Below are positions 17,885-22,122 of a stretch of 22,122 bases of DNA, in pieces. The DNA is from a bacterium (GTDB taxonomy: Bacteria; J088; JAWLBW01), in contig JAWLHK010000019.1 of the NCBI GenBank assembly GCA_041690355.1, positions 62,001 to 84,122 of the forward strand. The letters are read 5' to 3'. The position numbers and the translations under genes were made by a program. Below the pieces are notes generated by a model. It was not told where the DNA came from and did no database searches. It saw only the letters and a program-made list of their open reading frames with translations. Position 1 is the stretch's first letter, and each line of letters opens with the position of its first letter.

Positions 17885-18544
17885 TTAACGCTCCCTGGCG
17901 GCAAGGTTTTCCTTGCCGAATACTTCGCCGTTGTAGACCCACACCTTGATGCCGATGACACCATAGGTCGTGCGGGCTTCGGCAAAGCCGTAATCGACGT
18001 CGGCGCGCAGGGTGTGCAGGGGCACACGGCCTTCGCGGTACCACTCGGTGCGCGCGATTTCTGCGCCGCCGAGCCGACCCGCGCACATGATCTTGATGCC
18101 CTTGACGCCCATTTTGAGAGCGCTCTGCACCGATTTCTTCATGGCGCGGCGGAAGGCGATGCGCTTTTCGAGCTGCAGGGCGACGGCTTCAGCGATGAGC
18201 TGAGCGTCGGCCTCCGGCTTGCGCACTTCCTTGATGTTGATGCGCACGGCGCGACCGGTCATCTTCTCGAGGTCGCCGCGAAGGGCGTCGACGTCCGAGC
18301 CCTTCTTGCCGATGACGAGACCGGGACGGGCCGTGTAGATATTGATCCGGATTTCCTTATCAGCCAGACGCTCGATCTCGATGTTCGAGACGCCCGTGTG
18401 ATAGAGCCGCTTTTTGAGCAGCTTCCGGACTTCCATGTCCTCGTGCAGAAATTTCGCAAAATCCTTCTTCTCCGCGTACCAACGCGAATCCCAGGTCTTG
18501 CTTACGCCGAGGCGAAAACCTTTCGGATGGGTCTTCTGTCCCAA
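17885..18544 (-). CDS. rpsC: 30S ribosomal protein S3 (uS3), TTG start
   Basis: (M)[45 protein letters not shown] at 18544 with a GGAGG SD. Confidence 0.98.
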   Translation of the reverse strand: MGQKTHPKGFRLGVSKTWDSRWYAEKKDFAKFLHEDMEVRKLLKKRLYHTGVSNIEIERLADKEIRINIYTARPGLVIGKKGSDVDALRGDLEKMTGRAVRINIKEVRKPEADAQLIAEAVALQLEKRIAFRRAMKKSVQSALKMGVKGIKIMCAGRLGGAEIARTEWYREGRVPLHTLRADVDYGFAEARTTYGVIGIKVWVYNGEVFGKENLAARER

Positions 18545-18557
18545 GGGTTCCTCCGAC

Positions 18558-18887
18558 TTACTTTTCAGCCAGTTTGACGTTGATATGGGACGACCGCTTC
18601 TTGAACGGATGCGCGCGCCCCTGAGGCGCCGGACGAAACCGCTTGAGCGACGGGCCGCCGTCGACAGAGATATGAGAAACATAGAGGTTGTCGAGGTCGA
18701 CACCTCCCTGCTGGTTCGCGTTCGCGACGGCGCTCTGAATCAGCCCCTTCACGACGCCCGCAGCGCGCTTGCGCGTAAAGGTCAGGATTGTAAGGGCCTC
18801 GTCCACGGGTTTGCCGCGGACCAGGTCGACGACCAGGCGCACCTTGCGGGGCGAGATCCGGATGTAGCGGGCTTTGGCTTCCATCAT
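18558..18887 (-). CDS. rplV: 50S ribosomal protein L22 (uL22)
   Basis: [30 protein letters not shown]...GRA...KR.SHI. Confidence 0.98.
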   Translation of the reverse strand: MMEAKARYIRISPRKVRLVVDLVRGKPVDEALTILTFTRKRAAGVVKGLIQSAVANANQQGGVDLDNLYVSHISVDGGPSLKRFRPAPQGRAHPFKKRSSHINVKLAEK

Positions 18888-18896
18888 ATACTCCGC

Positions 18897-19175
18897 TTAC
18901 TTCTTCTTGGCCTTCTTATCGGCGGTGTGCCCGTAGTACGTACGGGTCGGGGCGAACTCGCCGAGTTTGTGGCCGACAAGGTTCTCCGTCACGTAGACGG
19001 GAACGAATTTGTTGCCGTTGTGCACCGCGAACGTCAGGCCGATCATGTCGGGCGTGATGGTCGAGCGGCGGCTCCACGTCTTGATGACGCGGCGATCGTT
19101 GCTCTGCACGGCTTTGACGACCTTGCGATCGAGCCCGTGCTCGATGTAGGGTCCTTTTTTAATGGAACGAGCCAT
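18897..19175 (-). CDS. rpsS: 30S ribosomal protein S19 (uS19)
   Basis: [30 protein letters not shown]. Confidence 0.99.
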   Translation of the reverse strand: MARSIKKGPYIEHGLDRKVVKAVQSNDRRVIKTWSRRSTITPDMIGLTFAVHNGNKFVPVYVTENLVGHKLGEFAPTRTYYGHTADKKAKKK

Positions 19176-19184
19176 GGGTTAACC

Positions 19185-20009
19185 TTACTTGCGACGTTTC
19201 ACAATGAATTTATCGGTCCGCGGGTTCTTGCGGGTCTTCGCGCCTTTGGTGTTCCAGCCCCACGGCGAAACCGGGTGCCGTCCGCCCGAGGTCTTGCCCT
19301 CGCCACCGCCCAGCGGGTGATCGACCGGGTTCATCGAAACGCCGCGGTTATGCGGACGCTTGCCGAGCCAGCGCACGCGGCCGGCTTTCCCGAGCGAAAT
19401 GTTCATATGGTCGAGGTTACCGACCTGGCCGATGGTTGCCATGCACTGGGCCAGCACGCGCCGCGTCTCACCCGAGGGGAGCTTGATGGTCACGTACTCT
19501 TCTTCTTTGCCCAGCAGCTGAATCATGGCGCCGGCCGAGCGGCCGAGCTGCCCGCCGCCGTTGATCTTCAACTCGACGTTGTGGATCATCGTACCGGCCG
19601 GGATGAGCGCGAGCGGCAGGGCGTTGCCCGGGCGGATATCGGCTTCCTTGCGGCTGGCGACGATCGTGTCGCCGACATTGAGGCCGACCGGGGCCAGGAT
19701 GTAACGCTTCTCGCCGTCGGCATAGTTCAGCAGGGCGATGCGCGACGTCCGGTTCGGATCGTACTCGATGGCCGCGACCTTGGCCGGAACGTCAAGCTTG
19801 TCGCGCCGGAAGTCAATCTGGCGATAGAGCCGCTTGTGACCGCCGCCGCGGAACCGGCTCGTAATACGGCCGCGGTTGTTGTGGCCCGCCTTGCGGTGCC
19901 GCTTGACGATCAGGCTTTTTTCGGGTCGATCCTTGGTGATCTCCTCAAACGTCGCGTGCTCGACATAGCGCATCGACGGGGAGGTCGGATTGTGCCTTTT
20001 GATACCCAT
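19185..20009 (-). CDS. rplB: 50S ribosomal protein L2 (uL2)
   Basis: [38 protein letters not shown]. Confidence 0.99.
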   Translation of the reverse strand: MGIKRHNPTSPSMRYVEHATFEEITKDRPEKSLIVKRHRKAGHNNRGRITSRFRGGGHKRLYRQIDFRRDKLDVPAKVAAIEYDPNRTSRIALLNYADGEKRYILAPVGLNVGDTIVASRKEADIRPGNALPLALIPAGTMIHNVELKINGGGQLGRSAGAMIQLLGKEEEYVTIKLPSGETRRVLAQCMATIGQVGNLDHMNISLGKAGRVRWLGKRPHNRGVSMNPVDHPLGGGEGKTSGGRHPVSPWGWNTKGAKTRKNPRTDKFIVKRRK

Positions 20010-20036
20010 AGTGTGTCTCCGTTCGTCAGCGCGTCA

Positions 20037-20321
20037 TCAGGCGGTGAAAAGATCAATCTTTTCGCCGGCGCCGAGCGTGACGTACGCCTTCTTCCAGTTG
20101 CTGCGCTTGCCGAGGCGCGCGCCGAACCGTTTGACCTTGCCGCGCACGACCATCGTGCGCACGCCGGTCACGTTGACCTTCCAGATTTCTTCGACGGCCT
20201 TCTTGATCTCGATCTTGTTGGCGCGCGTATCGACTTCGAACGCGACCGTGTTCGAGCTGGCCTGGGCTTCGACGACCTTTTCGGTCACGAGAGGCCGTTT
20301 GATGACATCGTATGCGTTCAT
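20037..20321 (-). CDS. rplW: 50S ribosomal protein L23 (uL23)
   Basis: IKRPLVTEK, ANKIEIKKAVE, WKKAYVTL. Confidence 0.98.
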   Translation of the reverse strand: MNAYDVIKRPLVTEKVVEAQASSNTVAFEVDTRANKIEIKKAVEEIWKVNVTGVRTMVVRGKVKRFGARLGKRSNWKKAYVTLGAGEKIDLFTA

Positions 20322-20941
20322 GCGCCAAACCCCTTGTGGATCTGGTCCACCGCATCGCGGGTCAGAATGACCTTCTCGTAGCGGAGGATATCGTACACGT
20401 TGAGACCTTCGCTTCGCAGCACCTTGGCGCTCGGCAGGTTGCGGGCCGCGATTTCGAGCTGCGAGTCTTCCCCAGCGGTCACGATGAGCGCCTTGGCGGC
20501 CTCGAGCGTCTTGAGCACGCCTGCGGCTTCCTTGGTCTTGGCGGCGGCCAGGCTGAACTGGTCGACGACGACCAGCTCTCCGGCGCGAACCTTGCCGCTC
20601 AGGGCCGAAGCCAGGGCGGCGCGGCGCACGCGGCGCGGCAGCTTCGGTTCGTACTCATACGGCTGCGGGCCGAATACGATACCGCCGTGCCGCCACTGCG
20701 GCGAGCGGGTCGAACCCTGGCGGGCGCGGCCGGTGCCCTTCTGGCGCCACGGCTTCTTGCCGCCGCCCGAAACTTCAGAGCGACCCTTGGTCTTGCGGGT
20801 TCCCTGACGGCGCTTTTCGAGCTGCCAGAGGACGGCCGAGTGCAGCAGGTGCTTGCGCACCGGCACGGCGAACACGTCGTCGCGAAGCTCGACGGTCCCG
20901 ACCTTTTCTTTCTTGACGTTCAGTACATCGACGACAGGCAT
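20318..20941 (-). CDS. rplD: 50S ribosomal protein L4 (uL4)
   Basis: [33 protein letters not shown]. Confidence 0.99.
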   Translation of the reverse strand: MPVVDVLNVKKEKVGTVELRDDVFAVPVRKHLLHSAVLWQLEKRRQGTRKTKGRSEVSGGGKKPWRQKGTGRARQGSTRSPQWRHGGIVFGPQPYEYEPKLPRRVRRAALASALSGKVRAGELVVVDQFSLAAAKTKEAAGVLKTLEAAKALIVTAGEDSQLEIAARNLPSAKVLRSEGLNVYDILRYEKVILTRDAVDQIHKGFGA

Positions 20942-20953
20942 CGTCTGTCTCCG

Positions 20954-21577
20954 TTACTTCTTCTTCCGGATGATGAGCGTGCTGTTACGCCCACCCGGAA
21001 CCGAGCCCTTGACGAGCACGAGATTCTTTTCGGGATACGTGGCCACGACCTCGAGGTTCGAGATGGTCACGCGCTCATTGCCGTAGTGCCCCGGAAGCTT
21101 GCGCCCCTTGAGCACGTGGCCCGGGTCGGTGTTCATACCCATCGAGCCCGGTGCGCGGTGGAACATCGAACCGTGGGTGGCGCGGCCGCCGTGGTGGCCG
21201 TGGCGCTTGATGACACCCTGGAAACCGCGCCCCTTGGTGCGGCCCGCGATGTCAACCTTTTCACCGATGTTGAAAACTTCGCAGGTCAGCTCCTTGCCGA
21301 CCTCGAGACCGTCGAGTTCTTCCAGGCGGAATTCGCGGAAGGTACGGTACGCCCCCTTGCCCGCCGTCTTCGCGTGGCCCTGCTGGGCGCGCGAGGCGCG
21401 ATGCGTCGGGATCGGATCGTAACCGACCTGGACGGCGTTATAGCCGTCAGACTCGACCGTCTTTTTCTGGGTAACGACACACGGTCCCGCCTCGATGACG
21501 GTGACGGGGATGCGTACCCCCTCGGGAGTGAAAATCTGGCTCATCCCGAGTTTTTTTCCAAGTAGACCCAAAGCCAT
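20954..21577 (-). CDS. rplC: 50S ribosomal protein L3 (uL3)
   Basis: [47 protein letters not shown] at 21577 with a GGAGGT SD. Confidence 0.98.
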   Translation of the reverse strand: MALGLLGKKLGMSQIFTPEGVRIPVTVIEAGPCVVTQKKTVESDGYNAVQVGYDPIPTHRASRAQQGHAKTAGKGAYRTFREFRLEELDGLEVGKELTCEVFNIGEKVDIAGRTKGRGFQGVIKRHGHHGGRATHGSMFHRAPGSMGMNTDPGHVLKGRKLPGHYGNERVTISNLEVVATYPEKNLVLVKGSVPGGRNSTLIIRKKK

Positions 21578-21638
21578 GGGAGCCACCTCCGGTCCGGCTT
21601 TCCGCGTGGGAAGAGGCCGGCGGCACAAAACTGGTTAC

Positions 21639-21947
21639 TTAACTCTTGATTTCGACGTCGACGCCGCTGGCGATATCCAGCTTCATGAGGGCGTCGATGG
21701 TCTGCTGCGTCGGCTCGACGATATCGAGAAGCCGCCGGTGCGTCCGCTGTTCGAACTGCTCACGGCTCTTCTTGTCGACGTGCGGGCTGCGCAGCACGGT
21801 GAAGCGGCGGGTACGGGTGGGGATCGGAATCGGTCCCGCAACCTTGGCTCCGGTGCGCTTGGCGGTATCGACGATCTCGGCCGTTGCCTGGTCGAGAATC
21901 TTGTAGTCGTACGCTTTGAGCTTGATACGAATCTTGGTTTCCTGCAT
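21639..21947 (-). CDS. rpsJ: 30S ribosomal protein S10 (uS10)
   Basis: [31 protein letters not shown]. Confidence 0.99.
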   Translation of the reverse strand: MQETKIRIKLKAYDYKILDQATAEIVDTAKRTGAKVAGPIPIPTRTRRFTVLRSPHVDKKSREQFEQRTHRRLLDIVEPTQQTIDALMKLDIASGVDVEIKS

Positions 21948-22004
21948 AACTTGCCAGCCGGCTGAAAGGATTGGGGGGCGTGGGCGCCCCCCGTCTCCCG
22001 GTGT

Positions 22005-22122
22005 TTACTTGATGATCTTCGAGACGACGCCGGCGCCGACGGTGCGGCCGCCTTCGCGGATTGCGAAGCGCAGACCTTCATCCATGGCAATCGGCGTGAT
22101 GAGTTCAACCGTCATCTTGACG
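22005..22122 (-). CDS. tuf: Elongation factor Tu, 3' end only (not in the ORF track)
   Basis: Manual translation from 22121 gives [38 protein letters not shown]. Confidence 0.98.
   Translation of the reverse strand, partial: VKMTVELITPIAMDEGLRFAIREGGRTVGAGVVSKIIK

Noticed and set aside
18414..21565. 655-aa and 417-aa plus-strand ORFs antisense to the S10 operon (also 15347-16957 and 13878-15080)
   Set aside because: These are shadow ORFs mirroring biased codon usage. The translations are not protein-family-like.
1..22122. CRISPR arrays, IS or phage genes, tRNA/rRNA, introns or inteins
   Set aside because: I found no periodic repeats, transposase or integrase motifs, or RNA-gene signatures. 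All genes have normal lengths and the spacers are under 170 nt.

Overview
This is a high-GC bacterial window. The RpoA N-terminus ([14 protein letters not shown]) and the gene order point to a deltaproteobacteria-like lineage (Desulfobacterota, Myxococcota or relatives); that is inference only. About 14.6 kb (7541-22122, minus strand) is the contiguous tuf-S10-spc-alpha ribosomal superoperon, running from the 3' end of tuf to rplQ and closed by a textbook intrinsic terminator. It is ordinary except that map and infA are absent between adk and rpmJ. The left 7.5 kb holds two convergent blocks. On the plus strand are the end of a Frz/Wsp-type chemosensory operon (hybrid CheA-REC, then CheB), a UB2H-containing class A PBP (PBP1B) and a TPR lipoprotein with LpoP-like architecture. 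On the minus strand are a small glutaredoxin-like gene and two tandem TlpA/ResA thiol-disulfide oxidoreductases. I see no mobile elements, CRISPR arrays, tRNA or rRNA, and no clearly new system. The best leads are the PBP1B plus LpoP-like activator pair in a non-gammaproteobacterial context, an in-frame ORF extension that reads through the rplQ terminator into the redoxin cluster, and several structured or repeated translation-initiation regions.
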